Of a DNA stretch of 64,000 nucleotides, positions 25,185-37,392 are shown in pieces. This stretch comes from Octopus sinensis (taxonomy: Eukaryota), in NCBI RefSeq assembly GCF_006345805.1, contig NC_043018.1, positions 25,544,001 to 25,608,000 of the forward strand, given 5' to 3'. The notes under the pieces are model-generated. The model was given only the letters and a program-made list of their open reading frames with translations. It was not told the origin of the DNA and did no database searches. A program made the position numbers and the translations under genes. The stretch's first letter is position 1. Each line of letters begins with the position of its first letter.

Positions 25185-25760
25185 CTGCGGTCATCCTGGG
25201 GCACTGATTTAAAGAGTTTAGTCGAACAAATTTTTTTTCTAAGTCTAGATCTTATTTTACCAATCTCGTAGGTCCGAACCGCTAAGTTTCGGAGATGTAA
25301 ACAAACCAACAAAGGCTGTCAAGCAGAGTGGTGGTGGGACAAACATGCACCCACACAAACAAGTTTGACCATTTCTTTCTACACAGTTTCATCATCATCG
25401 TTTAACGTCCGCCTTCCACGCTGGCATGGGCTGGACGGTTTGACAGGAGCAGGTCAGGCAGTCACTCACGAGGCATTAGTTGATCTGGGGTTATAGTAGA
25501 AGACACTTGCCCAATGTCCCACACAAGTGGAACAGAATCTGAAGCCATGTTGTTGTAAACATATAAACATACATACATACACATACACATATATATATAT
25601 ATATATATATTCAAAAAGCAATAAAGATTCAAGTTAATTTAAATGAATTTACTTGAATATGGTACCTAACTTAGATGCACCAAAAAAAACTATACTGTTT
25701 TAACAATACAGTAATGTGGGGTGATTATAAGCGAGAAAGAAGCAACAAGAATGGATAGGT

Positions 25761-25851
25761 TTTTAGTACAATCGTTTCATACAAGGACAGGCTTTATTAA
25801 AAGTTGTAAAAATTACAGCATATAAACGTGTCCCGTACTCATCAGCTAAAA
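25761..25851 (-). ncRNA. Minimal type I hammerhead ribozyme motif (mirror copy)
   Basis: Exact reverse complement of 26026-26116 in the left arm of the palindrome. Confidence 0.8.
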
Positions 25852-26025
25852 TACATGTGAGTTCTCTAGACATCCTAGTGGTTGAGGCTATACTCATGAA
25901 GTAATGTAGATAATTAAGTAACATAACATAAACAGATTTCCTGGAAATCTGTTTGTTACTTAATTATCTACATTACTTCATGAGTATAGCCTCAACCACT
26001 AGGATGTCTAGAGAACTCACATGTA

Positions 26026-26116
26026 TTTTAGCTGATGAGTACGGGACACGTTTATATGCTGTAATTTTTACAACTTTTAATAAAGCCTGTCCTTGTATGA
26101 AACGATTGTACTAAAA
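26026..26116 (+). ncRNA. Minimal type I hammerhead ribozyme motif
   Basis: TTTTAG-CTGATGA-GTAC..(long loop)..GTAT-GAAA-C-GATT-G-TA-CTAAAA. 6-bp stem I, intact core, GUA cleavage triplet, G:U at the base of stem II. Confidence 0.8.
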
Positions 26117-26147
26117 ACCTATCCATTCTTGTTGCTTCTTTCTCGCG

Positions 26148-26187
<40 letters not shown>

Positions 26188-26220
26188 ATATATATAATAT
26201 ATATATATATTATATATATA

Positions 26221-26927
26221 TATGGCATGTTTCGTTTGTAGTAGCACACATTTCCGTAAAAAACTTTTATTTTTTTACATATGGCTTTGCGGGAATATTT
26301 GAAGTAATGAGAGCGAAAGAGACTAAGAGGAAGCGATTTTATGACGAGGGAATTTCTTTTTGAAGTCCCCGTGTGTGTGTTTGATGGGGTGTGGGAAACA
26401 GACAGTATGTTGTGTAAGTGAAGTGCTTCTGTTAGTGTGTGCGAAGAGACAGAGAGAGTAATGTGTGAAAGAGAGAGATAACTGAAATTTTTTACTTGGT
26501 GTGTGTATATGTATGTGTGTGTGTGTATGTATCTATGTATGTGTGTGTGTATGTATGTATGGCCGATTCAGTGTAATTTTTTACTCGGTGTATGTGTATA
26601 TGTATGTCTGAATGTATGTATGTATCTGTGTATGTGTATGTATGTATGGCCGATTCAGTGTAATTTTTTACTCAGTGTATGTGTATATGTATGTCTGCAG
26701 GTATGTGTGTGTGTGTATGTATCTATGTATGTGTGTGTGTATGTATGTATGGCCGATTCAGTGTAATTTTTTACTTGATGTATGTGTATATGTATGTCTG
26801 CATGTATGTGTGTGTATGTATCTATGTATGTGTGTGTGTGTATGTATGTGTGTGTGTATGTATGTATGTATGGCCGATTCAGTGTTTACATTTTTTACGG
26901 AAATCGACAAACGAAACATTGCCATAT
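26221..26927. mobile_element. TA-flanked MITE with internally amplified ~90-110-bp unit
   Basis: Inverted ends tatggca(a)tgtttcgtttgt...tttccgtaaaaaa. Four copies of the anchor tatggccgattcagtgt separated by TG/TA microsatellite. Confidence 0.6.
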
Positions 26928-27195
26928 ATATATACATACATACACATATACATACATACATACATGCACATATATACATCACATTTACTCTTTACTCTTT
27001 TACTTGTTTCAGTCATTTGACTGTGGCCATGCTGGTGCACTGCCTTTAGTGGAGCAAATCTACCCCAGGACTTATTCTTTGTGAGCCTAGTACTTATTCT
27101 ATTAGTCTCTTTTGCTGAACCGCTAAGGTACGGGGAGGTAAACACACCAGCATCGATTGCCAAGCAGTGTTGGGGGGACAAACTCAGACACACAA

Positions 27196-27252
<57 letters not shown>

Positions 27253-27984
27253 CACACATACATATATGCAACGGGCTTCTTTCAGTTTCCGGCTACCAAA
27301 TCCACTCACATTATGTAAAGCATAATATGTTTATACATCTATGTATATTCTTGTAATTGTTATTTTAGTAAATAAATAAATAAATTGACGTAATATAATG
27401 TCTAAAAGTTGATGAACCACCTATTGATCCCCTCCATTTTCTTATTGCTCTATGTATAATATATATATATATATCTTTCATCATCTGACACAAGATCACC
27501 TCCTCCAATGCCCCTCCCCTCTCAGAATTCTTTGTCTTGCATGTTACTTGGTGACCCTGCCGGTGCTGGTAACGATGTAAAAAGCATCCAGTCCACACTG
27601 AAGTGGTTGGCATTTGGAAGTACATCCGACTGTAAAAAACTGCGCCAAAAACTGACCTTGCCTGTGCTGGTGGCATGTAAAAAGTACTCAGTCCACTCAG
27701 CACTGAGGTTGGTGTTAGGGAGGGCATCCAGCCATAAAAGCCATGCCAAAACACAGTAGCCTGGGGTAGTCATCTATCTGTCCAGCTCCTGTTAAACCAT
27801 TCAGCCCATGCCAACATGGAAGGCGGACATTAAATGATGATGGTGATGGCAACAACGATGATGATATATACACAAATACACACACATTTATATATAGCTA
27901 AATATCTGTTAAATATATATATATAACTCATACTAGCATGGAAAACGGACATTAAATGGTGATGATGATACATCCATATATATA

Positions 27985-28057
<73 letters not shown>

Positions 28058-29175
28058 CATATATATATAGTGAAGGAGAAAGAGGAAGAGAGAGAGATAC
28101 GGAAAGAGAAATGGGTTAAATTCTATTTTTATGTTGGATTGAAGTGAAATGAAAAATTGAAAGCAAAACATTGCATGCGTATATGTGTGTATGTAGAGAG
28201 AAGGGGGAGGAGGAGGGAGGGAAAGAGAGAGAGAGAGTGAAAATGGGAGAGAGACAGGTCAAATCCTATTTGACCAGTCATAGCACATACACTGCTATAA
28301 GAACATATACATCTGATATAGTATTTATATCTATAAAATTCTGTGTGTGTCTGTGTTTCCTCTATGCACAGCCAAACTGCTGGATCAATCTCTACTAAAT
28401 TTGGCATCAAAATTTTTTATTACTCGGGGAAGGTTCTAGGTGGGGGTCAAATTTTGCCCCTTGCCCATATAGCAACCCTTCCAATTTTTTTTCAGCGGTA
28501 TAATACCAAATTTGCCATGAAGGTTTTTCATCACTCGGGCAAGGTTCAGGGGGTTTCAAATTTTGGCCCTTGCTCATATAGGGGTCTGCAGCCCCCATTA
28601 TATGATGCTTCTGATTTTTTTTTTACTTTTATTTTTTCACTTTTGATAAGACTATGATATTGTTTATACTGCATACTTACAACTACTTACAAAAATAGAG
28701 ATTAATACTCCATAAGAAAAAATACATATACATACTCACATAAACACTTGAACACACACGCACATATGTATATACATGTATGTATATGTGTGTGTATTAT
28801 GTCTGAAAATTGACTTTGAAGTCATTATTGAGCTCTATTGGACATAATAGGAATTCTACGTAAGGAATAGTTTTAAGTGAGATGTACACTGTATTTGTAC
28901 AGGAAATAAAATTTGAGAAAAGCTGATGTTCATTGCTAAATATAGCTTTCTTCACACACACACATAGACACAAACTCAAGCACATGTATATCTATCTATC
29001 TATCTATGTCTGTCTGTCTAACTATCTATCTATCAATCTCTATCTATCTGCCTGTCTGTCTATCTATCTATCTGCCTGTCTGTCTGTCTGTCTCTCTCTC
29101 TGTTTATCTATCTATCTAGCTACCTAGCTACCTACCTATCTATCTACCTATCTGGAAGAGCTATTTTCATCATCC

Positions 29176-30146
29176 TTGTGGCTATGGCGAAGGAATGTAT
29201 CTGGTGGATGCGTCTGAAAGGATTGGAGACAAACACATATTGACATTTCTGTGATAACGATCCCTATTGATCAATTTTTTTTTTTCCTCTCCCCCTTTTT
29301 TGTTAACCCCCCCTTTTTTTTGTCCTCTTTCTCTCCTTTTACGATCCCTTTTGATCGAAACTCCCCCTTCCTTTTTTTTTTCTTTTTTTTTAAACCTTCA
29401 AAAGAAAAGCTCTACCTTGTAATTTGTTCTATCTGTGTGCAGCCCTGTGTGGCTAATAAAGAAACATATCTATCTATCTATCTATCTACCTACCTATCTA
29501 TCTAGCTATCTATCTATCTATCTATGTATTTATTGTGGCTATGGCGAAAGAATGTATCTGGTGGATGCGTCTGAAAGGATTGGAGACAAACACTTTCCTC
29601 TCTGGTCAATCTCTCATCAACTTCTTCAAGTACCACTTGAAAAGGAAAGTGAGAGTAGAGAGGCAAGTTTTGTCTAGCGAATGTTTTAAAAAAAGATGGG
29701 TGAATGTAGCAAGAATGGCACGTATGAATGACGAAGCCACCTTGAGCATGATCCTCTGAACCCAGAAATTGAAAACAGAGAGTTGCTTATTCGCAAAAAA
29801 AAAAAAAAAAAAAAATATAACATGTGACTCCATTGACCGAGGTTACCGTGGTCTTTTCCATAGGCTTTTCTTTCCACGGGTAAACCTCACCTGTCCTCCC
29901 CTTTACACTTCATATTGACATTTCTGTGATAACGATCCCTATTGATCAATTTTTTTTTTTTTTTTTCCTCTCCGCCTTTTTTTTAACCCCCCCTTTTTTT
30001 GTCCTCTTTCTCTCCTTTTACGATCCCTTTTGATCGAAACTCCCCCTTCCTTTTTTTTTTTTTTTTAAACCTTCAAAAGAAAAGCTCTACCTTGTAATTT
30101 GTTCTATCTGTGTGCAGCCCTGTGTGGCTAATAAAGAAACATATCT
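29176..30146 (+). mobile_element. Two tandem 5-prime-truncated LINE copies (L1/Tx1-like ORF2 C-terminus plus 3-prime UTR and (TCTA)n tail)
   Basis: ORF 29535-29759 MAKECIWWMRLKG...TLSMIL*. Shared 3-prime end gctaataaagaaacatatctatct. The first copy (29176-29470) has an internal ~320-bp deletion. Another 3-prime end lies at ~53700-53820. Clade assignment is from recall. Confidence 0.6.
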
Positions 30147-30208
30147 ATTTATCTATCTATTTATCTATCTACCTACCTATCTATCTATCTATCTATCTAT
30201 CTATGTAT

Positions 30209-30271
<63 letters not shown>

Positions 30272-30284
30272 CCTACCTACCTAC

Positions 30285-30342
<58 letters not shown>

Positions 30343-30640
30343 GTTTGTATATACAGAAAGGGGTGTTGAAAAGTTCTTGGTTATAAGGGCATTGTGAAAG
30401 GCCAAGCTGGAGGTCCAATTTTCCGAGTTCTTTTATAGGGCTTAGAAAAATCGAAGGATCACTGCCATGAATGTGTGAATCTGAAAGGGGGAATATGTTG
30501 AATAAAATCGTAACTCATCTTCCGGTGTTATCTTTTACCCAAAGCCAGGGACTTTTCAGAATGTACATACATACATGCATATACATATACATACATTAAA
30601 TACATACATACATACATATACATATACTTACATACACATA

Positions 30641-31171
30641 CAGGGGTTGGACAAAATAATGGAAACGCCTAGTCTCATATCATCATAATTTTGAAATATC
30701 TATAAAACTGTCAAACATTTGTTTGTCTTTTGATTTATGATTAGTGTTGCTTAATATGTTTTGCTGAAATTGCTGTTTCTTTTCAGATATCATCAGAGAA
30801 AGGTAATTAAAATTCATGGAAATGACAGATTTATGGGACTTTCAAAGAGGTCAAATTGTTGGTGCTCGTATGGCAGGCACTAGCGTAACGAAAACAGCCA
30901 AAATGTTTGGTGTATCAAGAAGTACTGTCTCGAAAGTAATGACAGCCCTTGAGAAAGAAGGAAAAAAACCTCCTCGTCGAAACAAAACTCCGGAAGAAAG
31001 CCAAAACTTTCAGATAGGGACCATTGAACTCTTACGCAAATTGTTAGAAAGGATCACAATAGTACTGCTCCCAAAATTACTGCAGAACTTAATGACCACC
31101 TCAAGAACCCAGAATCCACAAAAACTGTTCACCAGGAGCTGCACAACCACGGATTTCATGGGAGGGCTGCA
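30641..31171 (+). mobile_element. Tc1-family transposon 5-prime fragment (pseudogenised paired-like HTH domain)
   Basis: TA|CAGGGGTTGGACAAAATAATGGAAAC TIR, then MTDLWDFQRGQIVGARMAGTSVTKTAKMFGVSRSTVSKV. After a frameshift: SGRKPKLSDRDH*TL...KITAELN. Confidence 0.9.
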
Positions 31172-31252
31172 ACACACACACACACAACACACACACACAC
31201 ACATATGTGTGTATGTGTGTGTATATATATATATATGTGTGTGTGTGTGTGC

Positions 31253-31286
<34 letters not shown>

Positions 31287-31431
31287 AAAGCAATTAAGAT
31301 TCAAGTGAGTTCTGTTGAATTCACATGAATGCGGTACTTAACTTAGATGCACCAGAAATCTATATTGTGTTAACCATAAGATAATGCGGGGTGATTATAA
31401 ATAAGAAAAAAGCAACAAGAATGGATCAATA

Positions 31432-31520
31432 TTTCGGTACAATTGTTTCGTACATAGACAGCTTTATTAAGGCTACAAATATTGCAGTAAATATAAGTGA
31501 CCCGTACTCATCAGCCGAAA
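31432..31520 (-). ncRNA. Minimal type I hammerhead ribozyme motif (mirror copy)
   Basis: Reverse-complement copy in the left arm. Core intact; stem II is GTACG/TGTAC. Confidence 0.85.
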
Positions 31521-31741
31521 AAACATCTGAGTTCTCCAAACATCTAAGGGGGTGATGTTACACTCCTGAAACATTAGGGATAGTTCTATAAAAATAAGAT
31601 TTAGGTAACAAATAGACTTCTAAAAGTTCTTTTAGTGTTGCACAATCCATTTGTTACCTAAATCTTATTTTTATAGAACTATCCCTAATGTTTCAGGAGT
31701 GTAACATCACCCCCTTAGATGTTTGGAGAACTCAGATGTTT

Positions 31742-31830
31742 TTTCGGCTGATGAGTACGGGTCACTTATATTTACTGCAATATTTGCAGCCTTAATAAAG
31801 CTGTCTTCGTACGAAACAATTGTACCGAAA
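31742..31830 (+). ncRNA. Minimal type I hammerhead ribozyme motif
   Basis: TTTCGG-CTGATGA-GTACG..CGTAC-GAAA-C-AATT-G-TA-CCGAAA. 6-bp stem I, 5-bp stem II with canonical G10.1:C11.1, palindromic stem III ACAATTGT, GUA triplet. Confidence 0.87.
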
Positions 31831-32262
31831 TATTGATCCATTCTTGTTGCTTTTTTCTTATATATATATATACGGTGGGCTTCTTTCAGTTTCCATCTAC
31901 AAATTCACTCACAAGGCTTTGGTCAGCCCAAGACTATAGTAAGAGACACTTGCCCAAGGTGCCATACAGTGGGACTGAACCCGAAACTATGTGGTTGGTA
32001 AGCAAGCTACTTACCACATAGCCACTGCTGCGCCTCATATATTATCTTGTATTACATTATTATTAGATTGTAAATAAAATGTAAAAATCAGGCAAAGTTG
32101 TAATGTCTTTGAGTAATATATTCTCCTATAAACAATCATACACACCCGTGCCCGTCCTTCTAATTGTTGTTTCTCTTGTCTGCTTTTGTGTCGTCTATCT
32201 GTCTGAACGTTTTAATGTTCTCTATTGCATTTTTGTTCTTTTTTTATGTTTATATATTTGTA

Positions 32263-32303
<41 letters not shown>

Positions 32304-32787
32304 CGGTGTATGTATACTCTTGTGTTCACCTTATAGTAGGTATGTGTCTAAATTTTGTATGACCCTTACTCTATCTTTTATTCTCCCTCTCATTTTTCTT
32401 CCTTTTTCTTGTTCCCCCTCTCTCACATTTCTTGGCCCTTTCTTTAACTCCCACTATTTCTCACTCGTTTATCTCCCCTGTACCTTTCTCTTTGTATCTG
32501 ATTTTTTTCTAATCCTTCAATCCCGCTGCCCCCTACCCATCTCTCCTCTTTCCACATGACCACTGTCCGGCCTGACTGCCGACGGCCAACACCTCTTATG
32601 TCCCTCTCCTATGTTCCTGCCTTTGGACTTTCTCTTCATACACGCCAGTTCAAGTTCATTCGTTCTCAGTCGAAAGAAACCTGTTGTTATTTCTTGTTGT
32701 TTGTATTTGTAATTGTGTACCATGTTCTCCGTGTTTTTGTTTGGTTGTTTTTTTGTCTTTGTTGCCATACACATTCACTAGCGTTCA

Positions 32788-33200
32788 TAGGCGCAGAAGT
32801 GGCTGTGTGGTAAGTAGCTTGCTTACCAACCACATAGTTCCGGGTTCAGTCCTACTGTGTGGCATCTTGGGCAAGTGTCTACTGCTATAGCCTCGGGCCG
32901 ACCAAAGCCTTGTGAGTGGATTTGGTAGACGGAAACAGAAAGAAGGCTGTCGTATATATGTATATATATATATGTATGTGTGTGTATATGTTTGTGTGTC
33001 TGTGTTTGTCCCCCTAGCATTGCTTGACAACCGATGCTGGTGTGTTTACGTCCCCGTCACTTAGCGGTTCGGCAAAAGAAACTGATAGAATAATTACTGG
33101 GCTTACAAAGAATAAGTCCCGGGGTCGATTTGCTCGACTAAAGGTGGTGCTCCAGCATGGCTGCAGTCATATGACTGAAACAAGTAAAAGAGTAAAAGAG
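32788..33200 (+). mobile_element. tRNA-headed SINE family A, young full-length copy; other copies at 11550-11945+, 18566-18974-, 20560-20930-, 23040-23400-, 50190-50590+, 51007-51395+, 55680-56015+, 57417-57800+, 60540-60890-, 61290-61680+ and many fragments
   Basis: Pol III A/B-box-like head TGGCTGTGTGG...GGTTCAGTCC, CORE-like GCACCTTGGGCAAGTGTCTT block, internal TA/TG microsatellite and (AAAGAGT)n tail. Confidence 0.85.
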
Positions 33201-34239
33201 AGAGAGAGTTCTTATAAAGGGGTCTAATGCTCATAGCTTAGACTGTTTAGGGGGCAATCAGATCAAAGCATCTCAAGTATTACTGCCCGAAATGGTAGTG
33301 ACTTCTGGAACGTGACTGAGGAAAGAAAACCACGAATGACCCGTCTTTTTTTGCCTGTCTTTCTAATTGTTGTTTCTCTTGTGCGTCTTTGTATCATCTA
33401 TCTATCCGAATGTTTTAAGGTCCCCTATTGCGTTTTTGTTCCATTTTTATATTTATATATGTGTGTGTGTGTGTATATGAATGTATGTCCTTTGTGTCTA
33501 TGTTTATTCCCCCACCACCACCACCACCTGACAGCTGGTGTTGATGTGTTTATGGTGTTGTAACTTAGCAGTCCGGCAAATGAGACTGACAGAGTAAGAA
33601 CCAGGCTGGAAAAAGGAAAATGAGTCCTGGAATCAATTCATTTGACTGAAAATTCTTCAAGGCAGTGCTCTAGCATAGCCACAGACTAATGACTGAATGA
33701 CTGAAACAAGTAAAAGACAATACACACACACACACACACACACTGGGCAAAACCAGGAATAGTTTTAGCTTTTCCACTTAATCAAATAGGATGTAGTTAA
33801 TCAGCTATTTTATCTACCATCTGGAGAGCTTTTCAGCTGCTATGCTTATATCAACAATAAAATTTATAGGGAGTTAACCCCTTCGTTACCAACCCAGCTG
33901 AAACCGCCTCTGGCTTTGTATTACAATTGTCTTGTTTTCATAAGTTATGAATTAAAATCTTCCACCAAACCTTAGTCAAAATTTATGTTCCTAACACTAG
34001 TTTAATGACAACTAAGATTTTTTACTAATTTATTTATCATAATTGAAAGAAACACAGAGCATCACAACAGAAATATGGTAATAAAAGGGTTAATAGGATA
34101 ATGAGGTCTTCTCTTCAGTTTGAAAAACTTTCCCGTCAAGTGATCCAGATGTTGATATTTATTCTTTCTAAGGTGGTGAGCTGGCAAAATCATTAGCACG
34201 CCGGACGAAATGCTTGGTGGTATTTTGTCTGACTTTAAA

Positions 34240-34625
34240 GGCGGCGAGCTGGCAGAATCGTCAGCATGCCGGGCGAAATGCTTTGTAGTATTTCGTCTGG
34301 CATTACGTTCTGAGTTCAAATTCCACCAAGGTCAACTTTGCCTTTCATCCTTTCGGGGTTGATAAATTAAGTACCAGTTACACGCTGGGGTCGATGTAAT
34401 CGATTTAATCCCTTTGTCTGTCCTTGTTTGTCTCCTCTGTGTTTAGCCCCTTGTGGGTAGTAAAGAAATAGGTATTTCGTCTGCCGCTACATTCTAAGTT
34501 CAAATTCCGCCATGGTCAACTTTGCCTTTCGTCCTTTCAGGGTTGATAAATTAAGTACCAGTTGTGTAATGGGGTCGATCTAATTCACTGGCACCCTCCC
34601 CAAGAATTTCGGGCTTTGTACCTAG
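34240..34625 (+). mobile_element. SINE family B (head GGCGGCGAGCTGGCAGAA...GAGTTCAAATTCC); >15 copies, e.g. 6200-6410, 8320-9060, 13520-13740, 14900-15290, 20000-20236, 39530-40370
   Basis: Recurrent body GTCGACTTTGCCTTTCATCCTTTCGGGGTCGATAAATTAAGTACCAG. Often internally duplicated. Confidence 0.85.
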
Positions 34626-35042
34626 AGTAGAAAAGGATATTTATTCTTCCTGTCTTCTATATTTGCATGGTTGAAGGTGCATGGCCAAGTGACTTGGGTG
34701 TTGCACTCATGATTGCAAGATCGTGGTTTCAATTCCTGAACTGGGTGGTGCATTGTGTTCTTGAGCAAAACACTTCATTTCACAATGTTCCAAATCACTC
34801 TGCTGTAAATATGAATAACCCTACAATTGATTTTTTGCATAATTTAGACAATTTATTCACTGCACCCTGTATATATTATTATCATTTAATGTCTACTTTC
34901 CACATGATCATGGGTTGGACTATATGTATATATATATATATATATATGTATATACACACACACACACACATATATGTATATATATCTATTTATCTATTTC
35001 TTTCTCTCTCTCTCTTTCTTTCTCTCTCTCTCTCTCTTTCTT

Positions 35043-35079
<37 letters not shown>

Positions 35080-35465
35080 GGCACCTGTGCAGGTGGCACG
35101 TAAAAAGCACCCACTACACTCGCGGAGTGGTTGGCGTTAGGAAGGGCATCCAGTCGTAGAAACTCTGCCAGATCAGACTGGAGCCTGGAGCAGCCCCTGG
35201 CTTCCCAGATCCCCGGTTAAACCGTCCAACCCGTGCTAGCGCAGAAAACAGACGTTAAACGATGATGATGATGATGATGATATACATATATATATATATA
35301 TCATCATCATCAGCAGCAGCAGCATCGTTTAACATCTGTCTTCCATGCTGGCATGGATTGGACAGCTTGACAGGAGCTAGCAAGCCAAAGGACTATACCA
35401 AGCTCCACAGTCTGTTTTGGAATGGTTTTTATGGCTGAATTTCCTAATGCTAACCACTCTACACT

Positions 35466-36234
35466 GACATCTCATTTTAACAGATATATTTACCAAAAAT
35501 ACATTAAAATATCATGAAATACTAAAGAGTAAATTTATTCAATAAAATCACCATTGGCTTCAAGCACAACCTCTAGATGACTTCAGAATCTCCTGCAACT
35601 CTTCTGGATGGTCTCCTTGTTTAAGTTGGTGAATACTGCCATAATCCTTGCCTTCAGTTCATCTTTGGTGTTACAAGAAGTTTTGTTGGTCTCTCACTCA
35701 GCTGTGCCCCACACATAATAATTAAGGGGGTTGCAGTCTGGGAAGTTAGGTGGCCAGGTGTTTGGGGTGGTGTGGTTGCAGAAATTGTCTGACAGCCATG
35801 ACTGGGTTCTCTGCTTGTGACATTGTGCAGAGTCCTGTTGCCAGACAGAGGGTCTATTCTCTTGACCCAGGGCAGCACTACCTTCTCCAGGCACTTGATG
35901 TAGGCTTCTGTGTTGAGATTGAGGCCATGTGTGAAGACAAACGGAGGTGTAACATCTCGATCACTAGTGATCACTCCAAATACCTCTGCTCTCTCTTCAG
36001 ATTGACATCAAACACTCTGAAATGTGTGTATTGGGGCTTCCGGCATGAATGCCAAGCTGTACAGAATATCGTTTACAAGTTTCTGGCAGACTGAATCGCG
36101 TCATGGTACTGTTTTGTCACAGACAGTGCTCAACTGACCCTACTATACTGTGTAGTCAACAAAATCAAAAACAAACAATGCACACACGTGAAATTAAAAA
36201 TGTAAAATGGTGATAATTTATCCATCATACCCTG
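35466..36234 (-). mobile_element. Degraded Tc1/mariner DD37D (maT-like) transposon
   Basis: Frameshifted catalytic region: PPFVFTHGLNLNTEAYIKCLEKVVLPWVK and WQQDSAQCH...WPPNFPDCNPLNYYVWG. The end reads CAGGGT.. at 36234. Confidence 0.75.
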
Positions 36235-36292
36235 TGTATATATATGTATGTATGTATGTATATAAGTATGTATATATATATGTGTGTGTGTG

Positions 36293-36325
<33 letters not shown>

Positions 36326-37359
36326 ACATATTTATGTATGTGTGTGTGTGTATGTGTGTGCGTGTTTGTCTGTATTTCTTTGTGTCTGTGTTTGTACCTA
36401 CCACTGCTTGACAACCGATGTTAGTGTGTTTACATCCCCATCACTTAGCAGTTTGGCAAAAGACACCAACATACTAACTACCAAACTTATAAGAAAATAA
36501 GTCCTGGGGTTGATTAGTTCAACTAAAATTCCTGAAGCTGGTACTTCAGTATGGCCATAGTCTAATGGCAGAAACAAGCAAGAGAATAAAAGCTAAAAGG
36601 TGGAATCAAAATCTTGAAGGTACGAGATAATGCCTTATTAATCCATTAATCCAAAGCAGTGTGAATAATCAAGCGTAACATTTGGCAGATAAATCTGAAT
36701 GCAAAACAGATAAAGTAAAATAGTTGAATTAATTGATTCCGGTATTAATTGGCAATTAATTTTGTCAACTCAGATAAACGAAAGGTTAAAATAATCTTGG
36801 CAGAATTTTAAATACCTTGATGTCTCTAGGTCATCATCTTACACTTTCTGTCATCCTAGCATCTTTGTACTATAAATACATGGAAATAATTCTTTATAAT
36901 TTTGACACAAAGCCAGCAAAATTGAGAGGTGGGGTCAGTCGATTACATTGACCTCGGTGTTCAACTGGTACTTATCAACTTCAAAAAGATGAAAGGCAAA
37001 GTCGACCTTGGTGCAATTTGAACTCAGAATGTAAGATGGATGGACTACTCCTAAGCATTTTCCCGGTGTGCTAATGATTCTACCAGCTCTTTGCCTTAAT
37101 ATTAATAATATTGGTTTCGAATTTTGGAACAAAGCCAACAAATTTGAAGGGAGGAGTAAGTTGATTACATTGACCCCAGTTTTTCTCACAGGCAGTGCCC
37201 AACTGACCCTACTATACTGTGTAGTCAACAAAATCAAAACAACAATGCACACACGTGAAATTAAAAATGTAAAATGGTGATAATTTATCCATCATACCCT
37301 GTGTATATATATGTATGTATGTATGTATATAAGTATGTATATATATATGTGTGTGTGTG

Positions 37360-37392
<33 letters not shown>

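Larger units (their letters stand above)
25611..26146. mobile_element. Hammerhead-bearing foldback element (Penelope-like/retrozyme-type), copy 1
   Basis: Palindrome 25731-25941 / 25943-26146 with one 7-nt indel, plus a one-sided ~120-bp extension homologous to 31283-31400. Flanked by TA microsatellites. Confidence 0.7.
31283..31861. mobile_element. Hammerhead-bearing foldback element (Penelope-like/retrozyme-type), copy 2
   Basis: 213-bp arms 31401-31613 / 31649-31861 with ~3 mismatches and a 35-nt spacer. Same one-sided extension as copy 1. Confidence 0.7.
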
